Below, piece after piece: positions 38,479 through 52,363 of a stretch of DNA of 64,000 nucleotides (its first letter is position 1; each line of letters begins with the position of its first letter). Origin of the DNA: Eledone cirrhosa (lineage: Eukaryota); contig OZ024742.1 of the NCBI GenBank assembly GCA_964016885.1, positions 4,278,001 through 4,342,000 of the forward strand. The letters run 5' to 3'. Under the pieces are notes generated by a model. The model saw only the letters and a program-made list of their open reading frames with translations. It did not search any database and was not told the DNA's origin. A program made the position numbers and the translations under genes.

Positions 38479-39522
38479 AGACCTATGGTTTGGAGTTCAT
38501 GTATTATTTCTATCTCTACCCTATTGTTGTCAGGAATATCATCTTTACAGTTCCAGCTTCCTAAACCTACCTCATATTCCCTGTTATTTCTATGTTTGTT
38601 GTGTTGTACTGGAGTGTTTATTGTTGGTCCGTATTCTGTGTTTCAGTGTTTTGTTTCTGTTAGTCTTTTCTTTATTTCTACTGGATATGTTACTTCTATC
38701 ATCTTGCTGTATATTTTCTATAATTTTACTTTTTGTAGTTGTTTTCTGTTCCTTATATCTATTTTTGTGTTATTCGTTCTTTTAAATTTCTTATTTCAAT
38801 ATCAGATATTTTTTCAGAAGTTTTATTCTAAGATCTGATATTTCTTTCGTTTTGAGATTAATCAACTCCTTACTTTTGCTAGTCTGTTGTGATTGAGATC
38901 TAAACCAAGGTAGGGCATTTTTTCTCTCGAATTGTATTTTCGTTTATAGAGTATAATGTTGCCGTGAATTATGCATATAGGATCGAAACATATCCATCTC
39001 GTTTCCATTTATGTCATTCAATATCCTTTCTGGTACTTGAGATGAATAGAAAAAGATTTTTCTTGATTTTTTCTTTTTCTTTTTTCGTTTTGTTTCAGGT
39101 TTTTGATTTTTCGATTTTATTTTTACTTGTGGTAATTTCAGAGAAAAGCTCCATATGGCGGGCATCGTAAATGACCTCATACGGTTTCTTTCCTCTTGCT
39201 TAGAGCGGCATTACGGAAAGTGGCTCATTTATCCCCGTCGATCTAGTTGCTTGTTCATGAAATACAACAAACGTAAAGTCGTAGGAACACTAAAAAATCT
39301 CTGAAAGACGCTATTGTTAAACAGTGTGTGTGTGTATGCGTCTGTCTGTATGTATGTGTTTAACATTTATGTAATAGATTTTTAAGTTACCCATCGAATC
39401 ATGCAAATGTTTCTTGGCCACGACAAACAGTTTATTATAAACAATATATCTGCTACTTTTGTGTATATATATAATCAGCAATATATACATACATATACAT
39501 GCACACACACACACTCTCTCTC

Positions 39523-39612
<90 letters not shown>

Positions 39613-39640
39613 ATCAAAAGATGGTTAAAAGAGTTCCATG

Positions 39641-39711
39641 TATTTTATTATGCGCATTTCAAAAACAAATATCATCATGCAATAATATTTGTGTTTTCAT
39701 CAGATAAAATA
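39641..39711 (-). ncRNA. Type I hammerhead ribozyme, AUA site, left arm
   Basis: tattttat CTGATGA aaacacaaatattattgcatgatgatatttgttttt GAAAT gcgc ATA ataaaata. Confidence 0.87.
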
Positions 39712-41589
39712 GGAAGACATGATATGAAGGTTAAAAAACACTTGTGAATAGTGCAGTTTTAAATCAACATATGAAAAGTACTTTTAGATTTATGTGTGAT
39801 ATTGGGGAAAAAAACTTTTGAGGGGGGATGAAAAAGAAGAGGAGATGAGAGTAAAAAGTGGAGGGGGAGGAGTATAATGAGGAAGGATGAGATAGGAGGA
39901 GAGATGGGTGATATAGAGAGAGAGAGATAGCTTTTATAACTGAGAAAAATATATTGTTTTACATAGAGAGGTTGAAAAACCGTTGGAAGATAATGTATAA
40001 ATTAAAAGAATTAAAAAATTAACGAAGAGAAAAATAATGTAAAGTTAAGGTTTGTATATTGAAGGGTTTAATAATATGTGCGATGAAAAGGAAATGTTAA
40101 TATGTATTAAGAATAATATTTAAGGGTTTAATAATATGTGCGATGGAAAGAAAATGTTAATATGTATTAAGAATAATATTTAAGGGTTTAATAATATGTG
40201 CGATGGAAAGAAAATGTTAATATGTATTAAGAATAATATTTAAGGGTTTAATAATATGTGCGATGAAAAGGAAATGTTAATATGTATTAAGAATAATATT
40301 TAAGGGTTTAATAATATGTGCGATGGAAAGAAAATGTTAATATGTATTAAGACGAGCTTTAAAGCTCGTCTTTATAATCATCATTCGTCTTTTAAATACC
40401 AACTTAAAAGAACCAACATGGCTCTCTCAGAACTCATATGGTCTTTGAAAGACAAAAATATTAAATATAACATCTCTTGGAAAAAGGTTTCTTCTGCTAT
40501 CCAAGACTTGCAATCTCTGTCTAAATGAAAAATTTACTATTATATCTAATTTAGATTCTATAATAAATAGACGCACTGACTTGTTTTCTCTCTGCTTGCA
40601 TAAATTCCACAGAACATTCCATAAAGTATACAGCTAATATCCAATACTTTATCAATTTAGAATCCTTTTCTCAAAGGCACATATATATATATATACTGCT
40701 TTAAAAATATACCCATCTTTCTACCTTATTTCAAAGTTATTTATTATACATTATATAATACTTGTTACTCATTCTATATCACTCCTATTTATCACTTCCC
40801 TTTCTTCCTTTTCATTTTCTTTTCTTTTTCTTTTAATTTCTAACCCCTAATCTGTACCTTTTCTCACTGTGCCTAACATAGAAACAATTATTACACAATA
40901 CAATATATTCTTACCTTATATCACCCTGAAAAAATCCTTCGTAAACATAAACACATTTTTTTGACGTTAGATTATTCATCCTCAATTCATTATTTTTTTC
41001 TCCCTTTCATCTAACTTATTCATGCTCATCTCACAATATATCCTTACTTACATTACTTTTGTTTTTTTAATAATACATATCAACATTTTCTTTCCATCGC
41101 ACATATTATTAAACCCTTAAATATTATTCTTAATACATATTAACATTTTCTTTCCATCGCACATATTATTAAACCCTTAAATATTATTCTTAATACATAT
41201 TAACATTTTCTTTTCATCGCACAAATTATTAAACCCTTCAATATACAAACCTTAACTTTACATTATTTTTCTCTTCGTTAATTTTCAAATTCTTTTAATT
41301 TATACATTATCTTCCAACGGTTTTTCAACCTCTCTATGTAAAACAATATATTTTTCTCAGTTATAAAAGCTATCTCTCTCTCTCTCTATCACCCATCTCT
41401 CCTCCTATCTCATCCTTCCTCATTATACTCCTCCCCCTCCACTTTTTACTCTCATCTCCTCCTCTTTTTCATCCCCCCTCAAAAAAATGTTTTCCCATTA
41501 TCACACATCAATCTAAAACTACTTTTCATATGTTGATTTAAAACTGCACTATTCACAAGTGTTTTTTAACCTTCATATCATGTCTTCCT

Positions 41590-41658
41590 ATTTTATCTGA
41601 TGAAAACACAAATATTATTGCATGATGATATTTGTTTTTGAAATGCGCATAATAAAAT
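41590..41658 (+). ncRNA. Type I hammerhead ribozyme, AUA site, right arm
   Basis: attttat CTGATGA ... GAAAT gcgc ATA ataaaat; canonical core, palindromic stem III. Confidence 0.87.
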
Positions 41659-41782
41659 CCATGGAACTCTTTTAACCATCTTTTGATCTTATATATTATG
41701 TATACTCCAGTCCTACAAACTGTAGAGTGGTTCTTATCCGATATCTGCATTGCTTTATTGTACTACAATAAAACTCACCTCC

Positions 41783-41821
<39 letters not shown>

Positions 41822-41830
<9 letters not shown>

Positions 41831-42245
41831 CCAGGTCTAGCAAATAGAGAAAAAGTTTTAAAATAAATTTTTTAAAATTCGCTGTACTTACTATATCTGC
41901 CTTTACCGCGGTTTCAAATCCCAAAATAAACGGATAATCCAAGCGTTTTTCATTGAGAAGGAGACTCTCTTCAGAAGGCTCTTCTCGCTCGGAGAATATA
42001 AAATTCCCGAGTTTAAAGCACAAACTGACGCCATACAAAACTGTTCCCGGATGAGAGTGAATGATAAAAGAAACAATTTTGTCTAGTGCCGTGTGTAAAG
42101 ACAGAAGGCAGGGTGGACAGGTCAATGTCCTGCCACTAGAAATAGCAGCAGTTCAAACGACCGTTGAGATAACATTTGATCGTTTGAACTTATTTAAAAT
42201 TTATTTTAAAACTTTTTCTCTATTTGCTAGACCTAGATTTTATAT
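41822..42245 (-). mobile_element. Non-coding fold-back element with about 55-bp inverted ends
   Basis: atataaaatccaggtctagcaaatagagaaaaagttttaaaataaatt and its reverse complement at 42197-42245. Confidence 0.8.
41899..41979 (-). ncRNA. Type I hammerhead with expanded stem II, GUA site
   Basis: gcctt CTGAAGA gagtctc...gggattt GAAAC cgcg GTA aaggc. Confidence 0.85.
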
Positions 42246-42464
42246 GTTCTGCCTTGTTAATTTATTAACGCGCCATAGAACCACATTGGCATACGGTTGG
42301 ATAATACTTGTATCCCTATATGTATTTTTTACACGTAGGAACACATACTTTATTATTATATATATATATACATATACAAATACATGTTGTTGTTATTTAG
42401 CTGCAAGTGACAGCTAACAATATACCTCATAAAGGTCCTCCTGCTATTAGCCTTTTATTTACAT

Positions 42465-42750
42465 ATCCTGTAACTCTTGATGGCGTAGGAGGGGTGCTCT
42501 TGTGGCATACGGCATTTATTGGGCAGTTTAAGCTTAGCAGACCCCATCCCTCTCCAGGCCTAAGCATAGCAGATTTCTTCCAGAGAAGATTATAAAATGA
42601 GATAGAGGAAGAATCGATACCAGTACTGGACTGGTACTTCTATCGACCTCAAAAAGATGAAAGGCAAAGTTAACCTCGGTGGCATTTGAACTCAGAGATC
42701 CAGAACGAATACTGCAAAGCACTCTATCCGACGATTGCCAATACGCCACA
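42465..42750 (-). mobile_element. SINE family 1 copy; others near 44505-44890 (-), 45230-45515 (+), 49595-49970 (-), 59205-59367 (+), 59760-60210 (+), 60850-61060 (-)
   Basis: Shared gagttcaaat B-box-like motif and central aactttgcctttcatc...ggtcgata core. Confidence 0.8.
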
Positions 42751-44357
42751 ATTACATACATAGACCCTTTGCACTAAATATGCCTACGAATAGCATATTT
42801 CACTAATGAAGCATTTGTCAAGTGGAGTGTACGGTAAACAGACACTTGATCTGAAGTGAAAACACATAATGTACGAGATGAGATATGAATGGCGAACAGC
42901 TGACCAAATCAGAATGGAGAGGGTGGTCAGAAACAAAGACATTAGGCAGATGGTTGGTACCACACTTACCATTTGGTTCATATTTTAACTATAGGTAAAA
43001 TGGTTTGGTCAGTTGGTAGGGCTGCTAACAGTCCAGTAGCAGAAAATGGTCAGGTTTCAATGCAATAAAAACAATAGCAGACCAACGGCGAGTTGATGGC
43101 GACGTAGATGCACTCTGCATGATATTGCTACAGGTGTCACATCTTGGTACTAATCACGGACCTTCTGTCCCCTAGGTACGTATCATGTAAAAACGCCTGG
43201 ACCGAAACAAAGTTCACCATACATCGATACACGGACCAAGAAGTTTCGAAACGAACTGCTTAAGCACATAGCTATACTTTTGCACATACATATATCCACA
43301 ATTTTTAAGGATATCATAGGTTTAACATCGGAAAATTGTTATCGGTTTAGGAACAACAATGTCTTGTAGATGGTGTAATCACTTTAAATGTTAACTTTAA
43401 TAGCCTGCCGCCTGAATGGGTGATAACTTGAATTCTAAATTGTTTCAATATACAGCCATGTGTAAACAGCAGCGAGAGCTGTTGAATAATAGCAACTATT
43501 AACAGAAAATGCTACGATGAAGAATAGTATAATATGACTGAAAGAAGATTGAAAATTAATTTATACTGGCATGTAACAAGATAAAAGCGTGGAGATTTTA
43601 TTTGTTAGAATTAGATCCAGTTAAAGACGGGAAACGAACATTTTTAAACTCTTGGAATGAAATTGAATAAAATGACAGGTGAAGTTTATGTTTTACAATT
43701 TAAATAATCAACGGTGCTGCCAGTAGTCAAGTATTATGTTTCCCCAACAACTGAGATGAGAATACACAAAAGATGAGTAAGTGAATATATATATATATAT
43801 ATAGAAACGCTGACCTCTTGAATGTGTTAGTTTTCAGTATTAAACTCGTAACTCCTGAGAGAGTCGTAGGAGCGCCGTATTGACATTCTAAGTCATTTTA
43901 AAACCTGGCAGAGCCCATCCCTCTCCAGCAGTATTAGAGGTATACCTTATTGTGCCAACAGAATGGACTAGAGCAACATAAGAGAAAGTATCTTACTTAA
44001 AGATACAGCACACCCTCGGGAATCGAAATCCCGACATTTATTAAGGGTTAAGTGGTGGGCCTTGATACTCTCAAGTTACCACCACGCACTCACAGGATTA
44101 CCATATATATATAAGGCAGATATATGTATAAGACAGTGTATGCCTCAACTCGAACATCAGTGTAAACAGTCACACCGTGTGTCTATGTTAGCAGCTGTCA
44201 TAACAGTCTCACTCTATCTCTATCTAATGTCACGTTATACTATAACAATTTTGATAGATCTCGACTTCATTCTATATACAATCTCACACTGATTCTATTT
44301 TATCATTTAACACCACAGTCACAAAATACTTCTCATCTTACCTCACAGTCTACTACC

Positions 44358-44436
<79 letters not shown>

Positions 44437-45999
44437 CTCTCGTGCGCGCGCAGTCTGTATTGCCTTATGTAAAGATTCGTGTATAAATACCAAGAAAATT
44501 ACTATGGTCCCGTGATTCCTGATGGAGTCGTGGGGGTGCCGTACTGGTATACGGCATTCTTGAGCATTTTAAGCCTAGCAGAACACATCTCTCTCCATTC
44601 AGATTTCTTCCACGGCACATCCCTCTTCAGGGAGATTCCTTCCAGAGAAGGATAGAAAGTCAGCTAAAGGAATTGAGAAAGAGAAGTAGAGAACGAATTG
44701 ATCCCAGCACTAGATTGGTACATTTATATCGACTTCGAAAAGATGAAAGGAAAAGTTGACCTCGGTGCGAATTAAATTCAGAGAGCAGAGAGCAACGAAT
44801 CCTTCAAAGCATTCTATTCGACGTTCTAACGACTCTGCCAGTCCCACAAAGCATTCTATCCGATGTTCTAAAGACTCTGACAATTTGCTGCCTAAAATTA
44901 CTATATGTACATATTAAATATTTTAAAACAAACATTGAGAAAAATGTCATCTTATTAAGAATAAAGAATCAAATATTTGATGTGCTGATAAAGTAAATCG
45001 TTGATATTATCACATCGAAGCAATTAAGTGATGTTTTAACCGGTACAAAAAAATGTTTTATATAACGAAAAGTGTATAAATTGATTTTAAAACATTAAGA
45101 ATACAAAATTAAATTAATGTATTTAAAAATGAGATTTACGCGCTGATTAATAGAATTTCAGTTTTACAACAAAATGTAATTTGTGGTTTTTATAAATCTT
45201 ATAAGACTGGCTGATGTCTGCAGAGAAAGACGGCGAATTGGTAGAGTCGTTAGAACGTCGGATAGAATACTTTGTGGTATTTGTTGGGGCTCTCTGCCTT
45301 CTGACTTCAACTCCGGCCAAGGTCAACTTTACCTTTCAGCCATTCGCGGTCGATAAAAAGTACCAATCTAGTACTGGGTTCGATTTTTCCTCTATATCTC
45401 CTTCTCACTTCCATTCCCTCACTCTATATCCTTTTCTGGAAGAAATCTGCTGTCTTAAAATGCCCCAGAAACGCCGTATATCAATACGGCACCCTTACAA
45501 CTCCATCAAGAGTTACTTTGAAATTGTTTATGACTGTATATATAGCCGTGATATACAGAAGAGAGAATCGACCATATAAGAGAAGCTTTGACGGCAATGT
45601 TAATCAGGTCTAGCAACTAAGTAGACGCTGTCTCATTTTGTACTGCTGAAAGCAATACACATTTTTCGGCAAGAAGTTGAGTATTCTGGAGTAGTACTTG
45701 TATAGCAAGTCCTTTAAGCTACACTACATTTGTGTTAATTAACAAGACACAGAAGGGTAACAAAACATTTTGACATTTCAGTCTAGATCATACACTAATA
45801 TATTACACACTAGTAGATTCACATTAATAAGTCTAGTAATAAGATATAACCTTAAAGGTGTCTGTTCTTAAATAGTTAAAAGGAATTTTCTACAATTCAA
45901 TTATAATGTTTATACGATTAACGGCATATATGTGTGTGTATATATGCGTGTATATATGCGTGTATATATGTGTGTGTACATAAAGTATTCAATGTGTGC

Positions 46000-46087
<88 letters not shown>

Positions 46088-46092
46088 ATATA

Positions 46093-46304
46093 TAGAAGTG
46101 GTTACACAACAGTTAGTTCACTATACCGAGAACAATTTTTTCCTTCCTGTTCCGTATAACCATGTCCATTACGAGCTGAGGATCTGCTAAGGTGAAACAA
46201 TTGTGCTCGGTATGGTGAACTAACTGTTGTGAAACCATTTCTACCTAACTCGTCCCATGGACTGAGTGGTCTACCACTACGGATATTACCTTCCAGTGTT
46301 CTAC

Positions 46305-46308
<4 letters not shown>
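46093..46308 (+). mobile_element. Mini fold-back element with hammerhead at 46172-46209
   Basis: Arms 46093-46137 and 46199-46243; cgag CTGAGGA tctgctaaggt GAAAC aatt GTG ctcg, while the inverted arm reads GTT at the cleavage triplet. Confidence 0.75.
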
Positions 46309-46368
<60 letters not shown>

Positions 46369-46370
<2 letters not shown>

Positions 46371-46870
46371 CGGAGGAAATGTGGTAAGGAACGAGGTGGA
46401 CCATAACGCACCAAAGTACTCAATACTTAGGGTAGTAGAGTGGGTAATAGGAACGTGTAGGACCCCGACGACTGAGCTCAAGCCGTTTCGAGGGCTAATT
46501 CTGGACTAAATGAAAATGTTTATCCTGGTATTTGAATAGCCGAGCTTCTCAAGGGGTAATTCCATATATGGTAAAAGTGATTGTCACAAGGATTGGTCAA
46601 AAGTGTGTTGTTGAGACATAATAATTCTATCATGGCAATATGTGGAGGGAAGGGGTAGCTGAACCTGCCAGTAGGAGAAAGAAGGAGAGAGGATGGAGGA
46701 GACCCAGTCATGCGTTGATAGTGCCGACTACAGCTGGGCATGAGGTCAGAGAAGATACTAGGGAGGGGGAGGAGGGTGGAGTCGAAAAAATAAGTAAAAC
46801 AATATGGGGTAAATATATAGAAAAATACCGAGAGTGTTAAAAAGCAATTAAATGTAAAACAAATAAACAA
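46369..46870 (-). mobile_element. Non-coding repeat family with U3-A8 hammerhead; relatives at 22031-22078, 50497-51010, 62330-62436, 63890-64000
   Basis: Shared tail ccacct.gttccttaccaca.ttcct.cgtt and shared HHR 3' half; inner boundary uncertain. Confidence 0.72.
46462..46557 (-). ncRNA. Hammerhead, U3-A8 core, long stem II and extended stem III
   Basis: acccc TTGAGAA gctcggcta...tagccctc GAAAC ggct tgagctc agtc GTC ggggt. Confidence 0.7.
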
Positions 46871-47239
46871 TTTCTGGTTACTACGACCTAAGGATAGCTA
46901 TCAAGTCTCTCACTGGTACTGCTAGGCTAAAGAAAGGTTTACTAGGTGAGACGGAATTATAATGAGACCCTTTTAAGAGGTATAAGTAATAAACCGAGTA
47001 TATCTTACGGTGACGGGTCAACAAGTGAGGGGCCAAAATACTAAAGAAACTACCACGAAATAATAAATAAAGGTTTCTACCCCAGGCACAAGGCCAGCAA
47101 CCACCCAGTGCAAAAAAATAAACTAATACGAAATAATAATTCAGAATCCCGAAAAAGAATACTAATACTATCTCTAAGGGTGCCGCCACGATACAAAAAT
47201 TCTAGTGCAAACTACATAAATGCTCGTACGAAGTATAAG

Positions 47240-47285
47240 GTTGCGAGAATCGACATCGAAATATTTCGATGTCGATTCTCGCAAC
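47240..47285. repeat. Perfect 46-bp palindrome
   Basis: gttgcgagaatcgacatcgaaat|atttcgatgtcgattctcgcaac. Confidence 0.95.
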
Positions 47286-47880
47286 GTAACAACCTGCTGT
47301 ATTGAGCTAAAGACCAACAAACTACGATTCTCTAACTGGATCGTCAAACGCCCAATATCGAATCGTCATGGATTATGTGAGGGGCATATAATCTGAAAAA
47401 TACGCTCCCCGGACTGTGAAAATGTTGCTGTGCATGAAATCCATATCATCGCTTTGCTACGCATTTCCAATATTTTTAATGCTTATATTATTTCTCCACG
47501 CACAGGCTATAACAATCATATAAATAATTCATTACCAGTTCAACCCCCTTAACACTCTTGATCACCTGTTTAAGTGCTTCTATTACATGTAACACTCTGC
47601 TACACTATAGCATTATATAAACAAGACGCACGTGCTTGCCACACGTGTAACTATTGCACTCAATAACCGCTTATGACTATCCTATCGCATTAATTTCATG
47701 TTATATTTTAACCTGTATTTTTGATTTTATCTTTTAATATGAATGTAATCTCTAAATGTATGCTGCCACACTAAATGCTGTAATGGATGTTGACCCACCA
47801 AGCAACAATATTTGCATATGTATCTGTATGTCTCTTGGGTTGAAAAGGAGGTCATATAAGTGTTCATTCATTAATAAATT

Positions 47881-47925
47881 GCTCCGAAGAATACAAACCT
47901 CGGTTTGGAGGAAACAGTTGTAAGC
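47881..47925 (+). ncRNA. Hammerhead, U4C core, diverged relative of 6722-6766
   Basis: gct CCGAAGA atacaaac ctcg gtttggag GAAAC agtt GTA agc; similar flanks. Confidence 0.65.
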
Positions 47926-47973
47926 ATAAAAATGTTTTGAACAGTTCTTTGATTCTTATAACTTATATACAAT

Positions 47974-48086
<113 letters not shown>

Positions 48087-48487
48087 GTGTGTATTTCTGT
48101 GTATAAGTCAATGTATGTATATAAAGTATTCAATTAGATAATGATTTCATAACTTGAATACATGTTCAGCGTAGTTTCCTGACCATCTCTCTACAATTTC
48201 GTAAAAGTTTTGTTCGTGCAACAATTATGTAAATCTGGAAAAAGAAAACCGCTTTTTTTTTCTCCAATTTTTTATCACGAATTTTTTCATATATAAATGG
48301 CTTCTATTTTAAAATAAACGTTAATCTTTTTTCATACTCATAATTCAAGTTTATGTTGCTTTCCTTTTCACTAGGTTTAAGGACTATAAACATATTAGTC
48401 TTTTTTAATGATATTGGTTCTGTAGTAATATTAAATTTTTCCATTTTTTTAATTTTTTGTAAAAATCACTTTTTTTCTTATATTTTA

Positions 48488-48551
<64 letters not shown>

Positions 48552-48612
48552 CATATACTATTAATAATAATAAGCAGGAACGAAGTATCAATATAAGCTC
48601 ATTATGTTTTTT

Positions 48613-48705
48613 CACATACGACACGCGTTTCGTTATCGATCAGCTGCAGGTCCGATCGGTTGCAATCGCGCCCGACTCTGGAATCGATAGCTTATCATAC
48701 ATGTG
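48613..48705 (-). ncRNA. Degenerate long-stem-II hammerhead, homologue of 107-195
   Basis: cacatgt ATGATAA gctatcgat...atcgataac GAAAC gcgt GTC gtatgtg. Confidence 0.55.
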
Positions 48706-49414
48706 GTTTCTCGAAATAACAAACATGAAATACCACATCAGCAGCCGGAACCACAGTAACTAAACATTACGTGCTAATAATATATATATATATATATATA
48801 TAAATGTAATCTGAGTTTTTCGAATATTAATAATAATATTCGATTCGTTTGCAATTATGCAAACAGCTTCATTTTTAAAGCCATGTCAGTAGAATGAGCC
48901 CCTCATATACCAAGGAGCATGTTGTCCGATGCCCTACCGATACTACGATCCACCACCCTTAAAGCCATTCTAATTAATACCATCTACAATATCAAATATT
49001 TTGTTTCTGGCGAGGGGAGCGGTTCCATGTCAGTAGAATATAGTTTACAGAAGATATGGCTACCCTTTCTAGCAGGTCCAGCGCTGGCATAGCGACTTGC
49101 TCTTTGGCTTGATATGAACCTGTATGTACAGGAAGGGGGCCATCAAGGGAGAAGTGAGGCGGAGTAAGAAAGAAGGAAACAAAGAAAATCTTGACAGTAA
49201 TTAATCATAATAATTGTTTCTACTTTTGGCACAAAAGCTCCCGATGACACCTCGTTCTACAATCTTGTCGCTTCTGTCATTAAACTGTGACCACGCTTTG
49301 ATACCACATTAAAGGAGCTTAGTTACCATATCAACACCAAGACTTAATCTTTCAAATTTGGTAACTATCTTCTCCATCTAATTTTTTTCAACCGTTAATT
49401 TACAACTCACTTAT

Positions 49415-49446
<32 letters not shown>

Positions 49447-50906
49447 GCGCGCGCGCGCACGCGCGCGCGCGCCGACACACACGCACACATACATGCATAC
49501 ACACACACACATACACAAACGATGGGCTTCTGCAGTCGCCCTCTACGAAGTTTCACGAAATTTTACGTATAGCTCTGTAACTTTTGATGGAGTTGTATGG
49601 TGACTCTATTGACATACGGCGTTTCTAGGACATATTTTGAAAATCTGGTGGTGCCCATATCTTCTGCAGATTGGAATACAGCAGATTTCTTCCAGTGAGA
49701 GAATGGAAGTGAGAAGGAGATATAGAGGAAAATTCGACCCCAGTACAAGTCTCGTATTTGTTTTTGCTGTTGTTGTTTTCCTTAATGGATAAGTAACAAA
49801 ATTGAACTGAGAGAGCAGAGAACCGGAAGGAATACTGCAAGGCATTCTATCCGAAGTTTCAACTACTCTGCTATGTAAACGAACATAGAGGAATACTGCA
49901 AGGTATTCTATTAGACGTTCCAACGACTCTACCATTCTATCTGACGTTCCAACCACTCTGCTATGTAAACGAACAAAGACACTCCATATATCGAGTGTTA
50001 ATCATTTTGACAAAATAATTCCAATGTGTACACGATTGAAATCACTGGAAATTATTTTATTGATCTGAATATAATTGTTTTCAATGTATAGATCTGTATA
50101 TTTATATAAGTATACCGTGAGATTATATGTCCGATTTATAACTTTAATACGTAAAAAAAAAAAATAATAACGAGAGTGATTCAACGTTCAGTTACACAGA
50201 GGGAGGAACCATAATGGTACTTGGAATAATTTCAATCTAGAGGAATAACATAATTATTATAATTAAATCTATTTTCCTGGAATGTTCCTGGTAAATCGAT
50301 TTAAAATTAAAAAATTCGATTTAAGATTCTCAGTATATATTGGTGCCTTATTTATAGTTTATTTTGCCATTTGATATCGTTATGTAGATAATGAATATAT
50401 ATATATGTGTGTGTGTGTGTATGTGTGTGTGTATGTGTGTGTGTCTGTGTGCGCGCGTGTGTGGGCATGTATGTGTGTGTGTTTATATATATATATAACA
50501 AAGAAAGTGTGGTAAGAAATCAGGTGGTACTCGACAGCTAAGTGTTAGATTTGCTATACTTACTTACACTCTAACAACCTTCCTTGATTCTTACATGCTG
50601 AAATTACTTTCTTACCCCTTTGAATTGTAGGTTATCGCCTCTATAAATGAAAATAATTGTAATGATTTCTCTCTTAACGCCTGACATTGCTTGGCACACA
50701 TTTGCTTGACTGTCCTCTTACTGCCTCCCCTTTGTTCTACAGGCCAGTTCAGCCCCCACCCCCACCCCCGCCACTATGAAGGAATTTACATGACATCCCT
50801 AAATCATTGAACCCGTAACAGATAAGAAAAACAACAAATTTGTAGGATTGTTTGATTTGATATTTCTGCTTTTTTTGTTTTGATTGCATGCCCATATATG
50901 GACTGT

Positions 50907-51001
50907 AACCCTTGATAAGTTCAGCTACATTCCTGCCGTTCTAATACTACTGGCTTAGTTCGGATCTAGCTGTCGAAACGGCCGGAGCTCAGCCGTCGGT
51001 T
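50907..51001 (+). ncRNA. Hammerhead, U3-A8 core
   Basis: aaccc TTGATAA gttcagcta...tagctgtc GAAAC ggc cggagctca gcc GTC ggtt. Confidence 0.7.
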
Positions 51002-51017
51002 CCTGTATACTATATTT

Positions 51018-51086
<69 letters not shown>

Positions 51087-51189
51087 CGTGTGTGTAATGG
51101 ATTCTCCCGTCGTATATTAACGTATGACGGTTCAACAGTCTTCTCTCATTTTTTATATTTTTATATTTTAATTTTCTATTAAACATTTT

Positions 51190-51290
51190 CTTTTATATCA
51201 GGCCCAAGCACACCAGTGGTCTCGACAGGGACCGGTATAAAGAGGAATCTGTCAGTCAGGCCCCAGAATTTAACTATCTTTTTCCCCCTC
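51190..51290 (-). mobile_element. CRE-like REL fragment
   Basis: KIVKFWGLTDRFLFIPVPVETTGVLGP parallels KLFKYRSLSDRFAAVPLAVETSGVLG in 33185-33495. Confidence 0.65.
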
Positions 51291-52226
51291 TGCATTGTGG
51301 GCATGGCAGTTAGGGTTTGTGATCGACAAGGCCGGAGGCAGACAAAGAGTTGCAATACGATAAACGGACACAACTTGCAAGTCCGTCAGATGGACTGTGT
51401 CTGTAATTATTATGGCCAGCCCTGTCACGCTGAATCTCCCTGAGAATTACATTAAGTGTGCACCCATCTGTTATATACACTATAGGAAGGACTGTGCTTT
51501 TAATTCAAAGGTCCGGCCTTGTCACACATTATGTCACACTCAATCTCTGCGAGAATTACATTAAGGTTACACGTGTCTCTGAAATACTCAGCAACTTAGA
51601 CAATTTCTCACGTACTTAATATAGTTGATCACACCACTGGAACACACATCACCGAAACCGGTGGAGGTCCATTCCATATTATCAATTTCAAATAGCGCAG
51701 TTGCTGTTGTAAACATTTCAATGTTTCATCGTCTTGATTCTGTAAAAATCTTAGAAACTGCAGATACTAATGTTTTAATGAATTCGAAATATCATGTCTT
51801 CGTAGTTCCGATGTTAGAATCGCAAACGTAATGTCGTAAGATAGATTTCTAGCGAGACCTTGTATTCCCGAGCAAGATACTTTATTTCCTATTGCTTTAG
51901 TCTACTCAACTGGCAAAAATCAATAGTACTTCGAGGGAGACTAGAGTTTTGTATTGATCTGGGTTAAATATATGTCTTTCTAATAAAAATCTAACTTGTT
52001 GAGTGTACCTCGTACCTGTAATTCAAACGTCAAGCATTATCATATATTGTCTCGCCAAATCTCTCTGAGAATTACGTTCAGTTTACTCCTACAGAATTCT
52101 CAGCAAGTTACATGTAAACCTAAGAAGCAGACTGTACCGTTCGGGGACATTTTTCGTCGAAACCAACGAAGGTCTAACAGAACTATTGTAATCCCAAAAC
52201 CCTTAACATTACGCCACAAACCTTAA

Positions 52227-52363
52227 CAGGGACCATAACTGTGGGCTTTATGTAGGTACAGGAGTTCGAAGTCCACTGGGGCCATAACTATGGGCTTTCT
52301 GTAGGTACAGGAGTTCGAAGCCCACAGGGCCCATAACTGTGGACTTTCTGTGGGTACAGGAGT
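52227..52363. repeat. 49-bp tandem repeat, about 2.8 copies
   Basis: ccataact at 52233, 52282 and 52331. Confidence 0.9.

Larger units (their letters stand above)
39605..41695 (+). mobile_element. PLE 3' fragment with long inverted cap
   Basis: GIY-YIG remnant 40348-40630 (FKARLYNHHSSF...LSELIWSLKD...CNLCLNEK); 39605-40350 inverts 41071-41695; 60-bp tandem repeat in both arms. Confidence 0.9.
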
